A DNA stretch of 64,000 bases, taken from positions 5,714 to 69,713 of the forward strand of contig CALKXH010000105.1 in the NCBI GenBank assembly GCA_938005675.1, written 5' to 3'. Made by a program: the position numbers and the translations under genes. The stretch is from an uncultured Anaerolineae bacterium. GTDB taxonomy: Bacteria > Chloroflexota > Anaerolineae > Aggregatilineales > UBA2796. Of this stretch, positions 16,801-25,520 are shown piece by piece. Below the pieces are notes generated by a model. The model did no database searches. It saw only the letters and a program-made list of their open reading frames with translations, and was not told the DNA's origin. Positions within the stretch are counted from its first letter, which is position 1. Each line of letters opens with the position of its first letter.

Positions 16801-19615
16801 CGTGGAACGCCTCTTCCGCCTCGAATTCGTTCAGCCACGCCGGACTCTCATAGAAGGGCAGATGCTGATCGGAGATCGGGATGCCGAAAATCTCGAAGGA
16901 ATTGTTGAAGACGGCGATCAGATCGTAGCCCAGCTCGCCTTTGAAGAGCGCGTCGTAGAAGGCGATGCTCAGTGGGAAGCGCGTGGGCAGCCGCGTGAGC
17001 GTATCGTAGAAGCGATTGCTGCTGATGGTGATGTAGTCGGCTTCATCGAGCGTCCGTTGCAGCACCTCGCGCTTCTGGTAGTCGTCTTCCATCGACATAT
17101 ACAGCTCAATGCCGCGATAGTAGACGCCCCACGGGTCGACGCCGCGGCAAGTGGCGAGCGTGTGCAAGCCCGACGGCTGCGGCAAGGGCAGCTCAGGCGG
17201 CAGGGCGCAGACCTTCTGCGGCACGGGATCGTCCCACGGACCTTCAGTGGCGATCACGCTGCCCGTCAGGCGCGCCAAGCTGCCATCGGCGGTGCTGACC
17301 TGAATCTGCAGCGGCTGATCGGCGCTGACCGTCACGGGCGGATCGAGCGGGATGCGAATCGACCTGCCGTGCGGCGAGTAGGGCGTTCGATCCAAGACGG
17401 CGCGCAACGTCCCCTCGCTGAGGGTCGCGCCGCTGGCTGCGTCCACAATGGCGGCGCGCAAAGGGATGGCGCGCCCGTCGTTGAGCGGATTGAGGGCGTG
17501 GGCGATCTCCACGCTGCGTAGCGTGCCCGAGAGCGGCGCTTTGAAGCTGGCTTGGGCGGCGTTGGCGGCGATCAGCGTGCTGGCTTGCTCGCCCGTGAGC
17601 GCGAAATTGTTATCGAAGGCAGAGAGCTGCAAGCTTGCCACCTCGCGCTCGCCCTCAGCCAGCGTGAAGTCGCTCTCGACGTAGCTCAGGCGCACTGTTG
17701 AGAGGTTGCCGTCGCTCCAGGTGAGCAGATAGTAGCTCGTGTTCGGCTGCAAGATGATCGGCGGCTCAAAGGTCAGCGTGTAGCTCTTGCCCAAACCTTC
17801 CGCCGCTGTGAAAGTATCCCTCAAATTGGCGACGCCCAGCACCTGCAAGCCCGCTGCATCGGCGGCGAGCGCTGCCCAGAACGTTTTGGGCTGATCGTCG
17901 CTCGGCGGGCTATACAGTCGGTTGACGATCAACCGATCCACGCGCGTGACCTCGCCCAGCGGCGGCAAGGGCGTGGCGAAGCGCTCCCCTTCGCTGTAGC
18001 GATTCAAGCTCGCGCTCAGCGAGAGCGTGCTGATCGGCGTGTTGATCAGGTATGACGCGCCATTTTCCGTCTGTAAGCTGACCGAGAGCGCCGACGGCAC
18101 GTTGCGGAAAATCCAGTGCGAGGCTTCCACGCGGGTCAGTTGCCGCCGATAGATGTTGGTGAAGGCGCCCGCCCACAAATAACTGAAAGCGACTACGAAA
18201 ATCAGCAGGGCGAGGCGCATTCGATGCGCGAAGCGCGCCACGCCGCTCGGATTCTCTCGCAGGGCGCGCCGCCCCCGCTCGACCAGCTCCCACAGCGCCC
18301 ACGCCGCCATCAGACAGAAGAACGGATAGAGCGGCATGTAATAGCGCATGGTCATCACCCACAGCCTGCCCATGAAGGCGAAGTAAGCGACCAGCCACGC
18401 CGCGATCAACACATGGCGCGTCCAGCCGTGCCGCGCCCGCACAATCTGCCAGAGCGCCCAGCCCAAGCCCAGCCAGCTCGCCAAGCCCAGCGGCGCGCCC
18501 ATGCCCCACAGCACGATGTTCTGAGCGGGGAAGAGATACGGCGTGCGGCTCGCCCATTGATGGTTGGGCGGGAAATCGGCGCGCCCGCTGGTCAGGTGCT
18601 GCGCTTGCGCCACGTCGTCTAGGAAAGGACGGTAAGGCAGGACGTTGAAGATGCCCAAGACGCCGGGTCCGCCCGTGAAGGCGTGCGGATTGGTGAAGCG
18701 AAAGACCACCAACGTGGCGAGGATCGCCACAAACACGCCGATCAGGGCGCGTTGCGTCAAGATGCCGCGCTCAAGCCGCGCGATGCGCCGTCCGAAGGCG
18801 GGCAGGGCGTAGACGACCGCCGCCACGATGAACACGCCAAACAGCGGCGCCACGTTGATGCGGCTGGCGAGCGCCATGCCCATGCCCGCCCCAAAACCGA
18901 CCGCATCCCAGAGTTTGCCGCCGCGCATGAAGCGCACCGCGAAGAAAAAGGCGATCAGCACGGGCAGATTGGTGAAGGCATCCGCCGTCCAGAAGTGCGC
19001 GAGCTGGATCGGCAAGACCGCCGCCGCGTACAGCGCCATTGCCAGCACCCCGACCCACTGGTTGTATAGCATCCGCCCGATGACGAAGACCAGCAACAGC
19101 GAGAGCAAGTCCGCCACCGCCGAGACGCTCCGCCCGACCAGATGGATGCCGTTGTAGCTCGTCCACGAGAGCGCGATGACGTCGTCGTCGGTTTGAGGGG
19201 TGTGGCGGGCGATCTCGTAGTGGATGGCTTGAGTCAGCTCGGCGGAGAGGCGCACCACAAAAAGCGGCAGCTCGCCATAGACGTACAGCCCGAAGCCGAC
19301 GTTCTTCGGATACCAATTCGAGCATTGCGAGTCGAAAAAGTCGCCGATGCCGTCGCGGTCGGGGTAGCGCGCGCGGCAGAGCGCCAACTGCTCGGCGCGC
19401 CGCGCTGGATCGGGCGTGGAGAGGTTCAAGCGCCCGTTGATCGCCTCCGCCACTTGGGTCAGGAAGCGCTCATCCGGATGCAGGTGCGTGAAATCGTCCC
19501 AATTCTGCCCGACGAAGCGGAAATAGGCGCCGACGGCGAAGATCAGGGCGACCAGCAGCGGCACGAGCCAACGGCGCGGGGCAGGATCAGACGTGGAAGC
19601 AGGCTGAAATGCCAT
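13883..19615 (-). CDS. Giant (about 1910 aa) fusion: N-terminal GT39/PMT-like domain, extracellular modules, C-terminal DUF2298
   Basis: N-terminal YFRFVGQNWDDFTHLHPDERF, LPIQLAHFWTAD. C-terminal GGEKPMNFAYFNAV..DPWYAGGYLNYYYFGY, INEFPYFTFVFGDLHAH, NTFFKFYMQVW, TGLPTVLGW. Start taken at MAFQPAS (ATG 19615). Confidence 0.88.
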   Translation of the reverse strand: MAFQPASTSDPAPRRWLVPLLVALIFAVGAYFRFVGQNWDDFTHLHPDERFLTQVAEAINGRLNLSTPDPARRAEQLALCRARYPDRDGIGDFFDSQCSNWYPKNVGFGLYVYGELPLFVVRLSAELTQAIHYEIARHTPQTDDDVIALSWTSYNGIHLVGRSVSAVADLLSLLLVFVIGRMLYNQWVGVLAMALYAAAVLPIQLAHFWTADAFTNLPVLIAFFFAVRFMRGGKLWDAVGFGAGMGMALASRINVAPLFGVFIVAAVVYALPAFGRRIARLERGILTQRALIGVFVAILATLVVFRFTNPHAFTGGPGVLGIFNVLPYRPFLDDVAQAQHLTSGRADFPPNHQWASRTPYLFPAQNIVLWGMGAPLGLASWLGLGWALWQIVRARHGWTRHVLIAAWLVAYFAFMGRLWVMTMRYYMPLYPFFCLMAAWALWELVERGRRALRENPSGVARFAHRMRLALLIFVVAFSYLWAGAFTNIYRRQLTRVEASHWIFRNVPSALSVSLQTENGASYLINTPISTLSLSASLNRYSEGERFATPLPPLGEVTRVDRLIVNRLYSPPSDDQPKTFWAALAADAAGLQVLGVANLRDTFTAAEGLGKSYTLTFEPPIILQPNTSYYLLTWSDGNLSTVRLSYVESDFTLAEGEREVASLQLSAFDNNFALTGEQASTLIAANAAQASFKAPLSGTLRSVEIAHALNPLNDGRAIPLRAAIVDAASGATLSEGTLRAVLDRTPYSPHGRSIRIPLDPPVTVSADQPLQIQVSTADGSLARLTGSVIATEGPWDDPVPQKVCALPPELPLPQPSGLHTLATCRGVDPWGVYYRGIELYMSMEDDYQKREVLQRTLDEADYITISSNRFYDTLTRLPTRFPLSIAFYDALFKGELGYDLIAVFNNSFEIFGIPISDQHLPFYESPAWLNEFEAEEAFHVYDHPAVLIFKKNPERYASERVAAALNSVPLATNPTFQLEDATVVNVIRWGAYEASQAPTGFMMSADLRERQESGGTWSELFNREALINASPVASVVLWWLTIVAFGWAVAPLLFALLPALPDRAYPMAKIAGLLIVAWLAWAGGTLRLPLWSSGGLLVLLLGVAALSGYVAWRRRAELGAWLRLNWRYLLIVEAITATLFVAFVLVRLGNPDLWAQVLGGEKPMNFAYFNAVLRSSVFPAYDPWYAGGYLNYYYFGYVLVGAPTKLLGVVPSIAYNLIVPTLFALTGIGAFSLAFNIAAARWRFPRAEGSPERDAPVRERLTYALRTPAASPYLAGTLALLLCVVLGNLDTPRVFLTGVQRAGGCTATSDMYLWKLDQFVAQNGRQPTPEESSVLLMSAQSPSLIDQALFGAYNIGRTFECFGRGIGQLTQGAILPIGPERWYWGPRSVVGELPNNSNEINEFPYFTFVFGDLHAHMIALPITFLALTWLLGEVFAAGRVRRATWIVIAATALGGLSIGILRATNTWDWITYLLLGMAGLSFAILLRRDKLTRANLTAWIAQVAWLFAAQWLAALPFMAFHATSYSSVKAFLGNKTPIWAFFTMHGTFLFVAISLLVWQTGRLLRAIYLRDLAGKFLPFALVAGGIVGVLLIGLFMAVVPLRIALIDMPIPLALILVPLIAWSVALFFTPAQTREWQVLYVLIGAALAIALGVEIVVLDGDIGRQNTFFKFYMQVWLMLSVAGGVGLAWLLYSAWRWRPTLRNGWLLTAALLLSIAALFPIMSTQGKNAMRMAPEAPRTLDGNAYMAYATYFEGSQAVPLSRDLAMIRWLQENVQGTPTILEAHQYPSEYKYNSRIAINTGLPTVLGWRFHQQQQRTLDPLPNLVIQRQANVTALYNTTDIGTAWELLRFYKVRYIIVGELERITYRASGLAKFEAMVEQGLLEVVYEREGDKIYRVIEGAAYTPKVVGMR

Positions 19616-19658
19616 AAGCGTGTTTTCTGAGCTATCGCGTTTATCGAGTGACGTTGGG

Positions 19659-19664
19659 ATTATA
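19659..19664 (-). promoter_or_regulatory. -10 element for the glycosylation operon
   Basis: Perfect TATAAT on the minus strand 44 nt upstream of ATG 19615. No good -35 match. Confidence 0.4.
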
Positions 19665-19706
19665 CACGCTTCGAGCGCGAAAGTCTCAGCAGGGAGCGGA
19701 AAGGGC

Positions 19707-19746
19707 GCTTGGCGCAGCGTCGGGGAGGGGTGACGCTGCGCCAAGC
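19707..19746 (-). terminator. Hairpin terminator after nuoN
   Basis: 15-bp stem gcttggcgcagcgtc (19707-19721) / gacgctgcgccaagc (19732-19746), starting 5 nt after the nuoN stop. Short T tract. Confidence 0.6.
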
Positions 19747-19751
19747 TGCGA

Positions 19752-21302
19752 TCAGCGCAAGAGCGCCAACGTGACGCCCTCGGCGAGGCTCGCCACGACG
19801 GTCGGCAGGATGCCGATGATCAGCGTGGCAACCGTGCAAAAGGCGACGGCGCCCGTCAGGCGCGGCGGCGCGCTCGCCTCGCCCTCGCCGTACTCCAGCC
19901 ACATCTTGACGATCACGCGCAGGTAGTAGTAGGCGCTCACCACGCTAGTCAGCACGCCGATCAGGGCGAGCAGCGTCAAGCCGGCGTTCAGCGTGCTGAA
20001 GAAGACGAACCACTTGCCCACAAAGCCGCCCGTCAACGGGATGCCGATCAGGCTGAGCATGAAGATGCTCATGCCGCCAGCAAGGAGCGGCTGCGTGCGC
20101 CCCAAGCCCGCGAAGTCGTCAAGGAGGGTGCCAGTGGCGTCGTTGCGCTCCACCGCCATGCCGACGGCGAAGGCGCCGATATTCGTGAAGGCGTACGCCG
20201 CAAGGTAGATCAGCGCGCCGCGCAACGCCTCCTCCGCGATGCTCAGCGAGAGGATCGGCGTCCCGAACTCATCGCCCGTGACCGCGAAGGTGCCAGCTGC
20301 CGCGACTGCCATCATCAGATAGCCGCTGTGCGCGATGCTGGAGTACGCCAACAGCCGCTTGATATCGCGCTGGGCAATCGCCACGAAGTTGCCCAAGATC
20401 ATGGTCAGGGCGGCGAGGATCGCCACGGTGTCCTGCCACGCCGCATGGACGAGGATCGTCTGTTCTGGCGCGACCTCCGGCAAGGCGCCGATTGTGAAAG
20501 TCGGCAAGGCGAGGGTCATCAGCCGCAAGAGCGCCGCGAAGCCGCCCACTTTCGCCGTGACGCTCATGTAAGCGGTCACGGGTGTGGGCGCGCCCTGATA
20601 GACGTCCGGCGTCCACAGGTGGAAGGGCACTGCCGCCACCTTGAAGCCCAGCCCGACCAGCAAGAGCGCCGTGCCGATCAGCAGCAAGGCGGGCGAGACG
20701 TACTGCTCCGCCTGCACGCGCGCAAAAATCTCGCCTAGATTGGTCGTGCCGAGCGCGCCGTACATCAGCGCGATGCCGTAGACCAAGAAGCCGCTCGAAA
20801 AGGCGCCCAGCAGGAAGTACTTCATGGCGCTCTCTTCAGAGCGCAGGTCAGGACGGCGGAAGCCCGAGAGGACGTACAGCGGGATCGAGAGCAGCTCAAG
20901 GGCTATCAGCAGCGTCACCAAATCGCCCGCCGACGCCATGAACATCGCCCCGGCGGCGCTCATCAGCAGCAGCGGATAGTACTCGCCCCGATTCATGCCC
21001 GTGCGCTGCAAGTAGTCGTAGGCGATCAGCAGCCCGATGAAGGTCGCCGCGAGGACGATCAGATTCATCAAGCCCGTGAAGGCATCGGCGATGTACATGC
21101 CCATGAAAGCGGTGCTGCGCTCGCCCAGCGAGAGCAGCGTGACGACGAACGAGACGCCCACGCCGATCAAGGCGAGCGCCAAGGTGATCTCTTTGCGCTC
21201 CTTCGGCACTGAGAGATCGACGATCAGCAGGATGCACGCGCCGAGCGCCAACGAGAGCGCTGGGAAGGTCGCGCCGATGTTCATTCCGCCTAAGTCAAGC
21301 AT
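19752..21302 (-). CDS. nuoN: NADH-quinone oxidoreductase subunit N
   Basis: GEYYPLLL, LELLSIPLY, ESAMKYFLLG, FKVAAVPFHLWTPDVYQGAPTP, KRLLAYSSIAHSGY, GIPLTGGFVGK. Confidence 0.97.
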   Translation of the reverse strand: MLDLGGMNIGATFPALSLALGACILLIVDLSVPKERKEITLALALIGVGVSFVVTLLSLGERSTAFMGMYIADAFTGLMNLIVLAATFIGLLIAYDYLQRTGMNRGEYYPLLLMSAAGAMFMASAGDLVTLLIALELLSIPLYVLSGFRRPDLRSEESAMKYFLLGAFSSGFLVYGIALMYGALGTTNLGEIFARVQAEQYVSPALLLIGTALLLVGLGFKVAAVPFHLWTPDVYQGAPTPVTAYMSVTAKVGGFAALLRLMTLALPTFTIGALPEVAPEQTILVHAAWQDTVAILAALTMILGNFVAIAQRDIKRLLAYSSIAHSGYLMMAVAAAGTFAVTGDEFGTPILSLSIAEEALRGALIYLAAYAFTNIGAFAVGMAVERNDATGTLLDDFAGLGRTQPLLAGGMSIFMLSLIGIPLTGGFVGKWFVFFSTLNAGLTLLALIGVLTSVVSAYYYLRVIVKMWLEYGEGEASAPPRLTGAVAFCTVATLIIGILPTVVASLAEGVTLALLR

Positions 21303-21305
21303 GGC

Positions 21306-22982
21306 TCATTCCGCCTGAATGCTCTGCGCCGTCGCATCGGCGGGGATGTAGCGCGCCAACTCAGCGGCTGTAGCGCCCACTGAGGCATCCATGTAGCCGA
21401 AGAACGGGCGCGGATACAAGCCGATCACGAACGCTGCTATCACCACGGCGATCAGGGCGGTCAGCTCGTTCCAAGTCAGCGGCGTGTACGGATTGCCGCC
21501 CTCTGCGCCGTGATTGTCGTGCCCGTGCGCCTCGCCCGCCGCGTGGACGTCCTCGCCCTCGCCTTCGTGTCCGCCGCCAGCGGCTGGAGCGAGTGCGAAG
21601 GCGCCGTGTTCAGCCACCGGCGCGCGGTACTCGCCCATGAAGACCTTGTTCCACATATACAGCAGGTAGACGGCAGCCAGAATCACGCCGATGGTGCCGA
21701 AGAAGGCGAACAGCACGCCTAAGACGGGCGATCCCGCCGTGCCGAGCAGGATGGTGAACTCGCCCACGAAGCCGTTCAAGCCCGGCAAGCCCATGCTGGA
21801 GAGGGTGATCACCAGCGCCAAGCCGCTGAAGACAGGCATGACCTTCCACACGCCGCCGAAGGCATCGATGGCTTTGGTGTGCCGCCGCTCGTAGAGCATC
21901 CCGACCATCAAGAACAAGCCGCCCGTGCTGATGCCGTGATTGACCATCTGCAGGGTCGCGCCGCTGATGCCGGCTGCGTTCAGGGCGAAGATGCCCAGCA
22001 CCACAAAGCCCAAGTGACTGATCGAGGAGTAAGCGACCAGCTTCTTCACGTCGGTCTGCGCGTAGCTGACCCACGCGCCGTAGATGATGCCGATGATCGC
22101 CAAGACGCCGATGATCGGGGCGAGCGTGACCGACATCTGCGGGAACAAGCCTAAGTTGAAGCGCACCAAGCCGTACGTCCCCAGCTTGAGCAGCACGCCC
22201 GCCAGGATGACCGAGCCAGCCGTCGGCGCCTGTACGTGCGCATCGGGCAGCCACGAGTGCAACGGCCAGATCGGCACTTTGATGGCGAAGGCGATGAAGA
22301 AGCCCAAGAACAGCAGTAGCTCGGTCACGGCGCTGGGGAAGGCGCCTTGCGGCGTGCCAGCCGCCGCCTCGACCGCCGCCTTGATCGCCATGACGTTGAA
22401 GGTGCCGAAGTAGTTGCCCATCCACAGGATGGCCAGCAGCATCAGGATCGAGCCCGCCATCGTATAGAGGAAGAATTTCACGGCGGCGTAGATGCGCTGC
22501 TCCGACCCCCAAATGCCGACGAGGAAGTACATCGGCACGAGGGAGACCTCCCAGAAGACGTAGAACAGGAACAGGTCTTGCGCCACGAAGACGCCGATCA
22601 TGGCGAATTCGAGCAGCAGCAGGAACGAGTAGTACAGCCGCACCCGCTCTTTGACGTGGTAGAGCGAGAACAGGATCGCCAAAGGCATGATGAAAGCGGT
22701 CAGCAGCACCAGCAGGATGCTCAAGCCGTCCACGCCGACGTAGTAGCTGACCGTATAGTTGCCCAGACTGAACCACTCGCCCAGATTCTCCAGCTGCATC
22801 TCCGCTTTAGACGGATCGAAGGCGCCCAGCAGGACGAGCGAGAACGCCAACGTCACCAGCGATGAGACTAGCGCCACCCACTTGATGCGCTCTTCGCGCC
22901 GCTGCCCCATGATCAGCAGCAGGACGATGCCCACCAGCGGCGAGAACAGCACAACGTTAATCAGCATGTCGTTTTTTTCCAT
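21306..22982 (-). CDS. nuoM: NADH-quinone oxidoreductase subunit M
   Basis: GVDGLS, FYVFWEVSLVPMY, AIKVPIWPLHSWLPDAHVQAPT, LLKLGTYG, KKLVAYSSISHLG, GLPGLNGFVGEF. Confidence 0.97.
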   Translation of the reverse strand: MEKNDMLINVVLFSPLVGIVLLLIMGQRREERIKWVALVSSLVTLAFSLVLLGAFDPSKAEMQLENLGEWFSLGNYTVSYYVGVDGLSILLVLLTAFIMPLAILFSLYHVKERVRLYYSFLLLLEFAMIGVFVAQDLFLFYVFWEVSLVPMYFLVGIWGSEQRIYAAVKFFLYTMAGSILMLLAILWMGNYFGTFNVMAIKAAVEAAAGTPQGAFPSAVTELLLFLGFFIAFAIKVPIWPLHSWLPDAHVQAPTAGSVILAGVLLKLGTYGLVRFNLGLFPQMSVTLAPIIGVLAIIGIIYGAWVSYAQTDVKKLVAYSSISHLGFVVLGIFALNAAGISGATLQMVNHGISTGGLFLMVGMLYERRHTKAIDAFGGVWKVMPVFSGLALVITLSSMGLPGLNGFVGEFTILLGTAGSPVLGVLFAFFGTIGVILAAVYLLYMWNKVFMGEYRAPVAEHGAFALAPAAGGGHEGEGEDVHAAGEAHGHDNHGAEGGNPYTPLTWNELTALIAVVIAAFVIGLYPRPFFGYMDASVGATAAELARYIPADATAQSIQAE

Positions 22983-23020
22983 GATCTTCCCTCACAGGAT
23001 CACCTTTGCGCTTTCGCCGC

Positions 23021-25513
23021 TTACTGCCTCAAGAGCGGCAAGAGGAGAATCAGCATCACCAGCACCACGCCGAAGAGCATCGTGAAGACGTACGTGCGCA
23101 CGTAGCCCGTCTGGACGGTGCGCAGGCGCGCTGCCGCTTGTGCCACTGCCCGTCCGATGCGCAAAAAGCCTTGATCGATGGCGCCGCGGTCGACGGGCGT
23201 GGCGATGAAATCGGCGGCGCGCTTGTAGAAGTCGCGGAAGACGGTGTGATGGAAACGGTCGTGCCAGAATTCCCAGTCCAGCTTATGGGCGAGCCACGCT
23301 GCAGCGCGGTTGTAGGGCTGCTCGATCAAGCGCCCGTAGGTCTCATCCCAGTACAGCTTGGCGTTCGCCAACTGGAAGGCAGGGCGCGTGTCGGGGCGAA
23401 TCTCCAGCACATCCTGATTGCCTTCCGCCAGCGGCGCAGGGCTGTAGACCCGCTGCGCCAGCAGGATGCCACCGATGCCGATGCCCAAGGCGAGGATCGC
23501 CAAGAACGGATTGAGCGTCAAGCCTTTGGTGTACGGCACGCTGTGTTCCAGCCACAGCACGAGGGTCTCTAGCGGGTAGCTGGCGCCCAGCGATGGCACG
23601 AGGATGATCGCCGCGCCGCTGAGCATGAACGCCGCCGCCGAGCCGAGCGCGATCAGGCGGAAGGCAGGCTTGAGGCTCGGCAGGCTGGTGACGGGCTCAG
23701 CCCGCCCGATGAAGAACAGCCGAACGCTCGGCAGCGCCCACAGCAGCCAGAAGCCCGCCGTGATGAACAGCACGCCGATCACCAAGACGCTGTTGACGCC
23801 CAGCGGGATGTTCAGCGCGCCGCCGAAGATCGACAGGGCGGCAAGGACGAGCAGCGGGATGGTCATGCTGGGGCTGGATTCGGTCGCGGCGGCGGCGGCT
23901 TCGGTGCGCGGCACGCCCAAAAAGACCAGCTTGATCTGCCGCCACATATAGAAAGCCGTGAAGCCCGCCGCCGCCAACAGCAGACCCAACATGGCGAAGC
24001 CCTCCAGCTTGCCATCGATGAAAGCGGCGTTGAAGGCTTTGCCCAGAATCTCGTCTTTTGACCAGAAGCCCGCCAACGGGAAGATGCCGGCGAGCGCCAA
24101 CGTTCCGATCAGGTAAGTGACGAAGGTGATCGGCATTCGGCGCGCTAAGCCGCCCATATTGCGCATATCCTGCGGATCGAAGGCTTCCTCATGGGCATGA
24201 TCGGCGTGCCCGTGTGACTCCTCGCCGTGTTCAGACTCGTGATGGGCGTGGGCGTGATGATGCCCGTGCTCCATGGCGTGGATGACCGAGCCGCTGCCCA
24301 AGAACAACAGCGCCTTGAAGAAAGCGTGCGTGATCAGGTGGAACATGCCGGCGGCGTAGCCGCCAATGCCGACCGCCGCCACCATGAAGCCGAGCTGACT
24401 GACCGTCGAATACGCCAAGACCTTTTTGATATCCCACTGACCGAGCGCGATGAAGCCCGCCATCAAGGCGGTGGCGGCGCCGACGACCGTCACGAGGGCG
24501 GCGGAGAGCGGCGCGGCGTGATACAGCACGCTATTGCGCGTGATCAGATAAACGCCCGCCGTGACCATCGTGGCGGCGTGGATCAGCGCGCTGACCGGCG
24601 TCGGGCCCGCCATAGCGTCCGGCAGCCAGACGAAGAGCGGAATTTGGGCGCTCTTGCCCGTCACGCCGATCAGCATGAAGAGCGTGATCAGCGTCACGAC
24701 CGTCTCGAAGGGCAGCTCGAAGACGCCGAACGAGACGATGTGTCCGCCTTCGGCGAGCCACGCCTCAGTCTGCGCAAAGACGCCCTTTTGCCCGTGCGCG
24801 ATGCCATCGCCGCCTTCGCGCACCAGCACGTCCGCCGCCGCTTTCTCGCCGCCGATGTGCAGCACCTCGTTGGGCTTGTAGTAATCGAGCGTGCCGTACG
24901 TCCAGAAGATCAGGAAGATCGCCAGCAGCAAGCCGAAGTCGCCCACGCGGTTGACGATGAACGCCTTGCGGGCGGCGTTGCTGTTCTTCCAGCCCTCGCC
25001 GTGCTTTTTATCGAACCAGAAGCCGATCAGCAGGAACGAGCACAAGCCCACGCCCTCCCAGCCGACGAACATCATCAAGAAGTTGTTGCCCGTCACGAGG
25101 ATCAGCATGAAGCCCAGAAAGAGGTTCAGGTACACGAAAAAGCGCGCGAAGCGCGGGTCGCCGTGCATGTAGCCGATGGCGTAGAGGTGGATCAGCGTCC
25201 CGACGCCCGTCACGACCAGCATCATGGTCAGGCTGAGCGTATCTACGCGCATCTGCCACGGGATATCGATGGCGGCTGAGGGGATGTAAATCCAGCTATC
25301 GAGGATCGGTGGGTTGACCACGACCGCCTCGTAGCCGTGCGCCGTGATCCCGACCGTCATCACCGCCGCGACCGCGAAGGCTAGAGCGGCGGCGGTAGTG
25401 GCTAGGGCGCCGATCAGCTTTTCGCTCAGATAGCGCCCTAAAAACAGGTTCAGCAGCGCGCCCGCAAAGGGCAGGATCACTACCAATGGCACAAAGGATG
25501 CGATGACTTCCAT
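23021..25513 (-). CDS. nuoL: NADH-quinone oxidoreductase subunit L (830 aa, with inserts)
   Basis: WEGVGLCSFLLIGFW, KAFIVNRVGD, GKSAQIPLFVWLPDAMAGPTPVSALIHAATMVTAG, KKVLAYSTVSQLG, GFWSKDEIL. Confidence 0.97.
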   Translation of the reverse strand: MEVIASFVPLVVILPFAGALLNLFLGRYLSEKLIGALATTAAALAFAVAAVMTVGITAHGYEAVVVNPPILDSWIYIPSAAIDIPWQMRVDTLSLTMMLVVTGVGTLIHLYAIGYMHGDPRFARFFVYLNLFLGFMLILVTGNNFLMMFVGWEGVGLCSFLLIGFWFDKKHGEGWKNSNAARKAFIVNRVGDFGLLLAIFLIFWTYGTLDYYKPNEVLHIGGEKAAADVLVREGGDGIAHGQKGVFAQTEAWLAEGGHIVSFGVFELPFETVVTLITLFMLIGVTGKSAQIPLFVWLPDAMAGPTPVSALIHAATMVTAGVYLITRNSVLYHAAPLSAALVTVVGAATALMAGFIALGQWDIKKVLAYSTVSQLGFMVAAVGIGGYAAGMFHLITHAFFKALLFLGSGSVIHAMEHGHHHAHAHHESEHGEESHGHADHAHEEAFDPQDMRNMGGLARRMPITFVTYLIGTLALAGIFPLAGFWSKDEILGKAFNAAFIDGKLEGFAMLGLLLAAAGFTAFYMWRQIKLVFLGVPRTEAAAAATESSPSMTIPLLVLAALSIFGGALNIPLGVNSVLVIGVLFITAGFWLLWALPSVRLFFIGRAEPVTSLPSLKPAFRLIALGSAAAFMLSGAAIILVPSLGASYPLETLVLWLEHSVPYTKGLTLNPFLAILALGIGIGGILLAQRVYSPAPLAEGNQDVLEIRPDTRPAFQLANAKLYWDETYGRLIEQPYNRAAAWLAHKLDWEFWHDRFHHTVFRDFYKRAADFIATPVDRGAIDQGFLRIGRAVAQAAARLRTVQTGYVRTYVFTMLFGVVLVMLILLLPLLRQ

Positions 25514-25520
25514 AGCGTCT

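Noticed and set aside
14984-17521. 845-aa plus-strand ORF, and similar long antisense ORFs (613-1824, 36325-37899, 60049-61320, 27204-28355)
   Set aside because: They lie opposite well-supported genes, are Arg/Ala/Gln-rich without motifs, and are expected shadows of high-GC codon bias.
19616-19751. Co-transcription of nuoJKLMN with the glycosylation operon
   Set aside because: A 15-bp hairpin follows nuoN and a separate TATAAT precedes the GT gene, so linkage is probably only positional.
19752-25513. 2M-type complex I with an extra NuoM
   Set aside because: Only one nuoM lies between nuoL and nuoN. I could not confirm the diagnostic lateral-helix extension.
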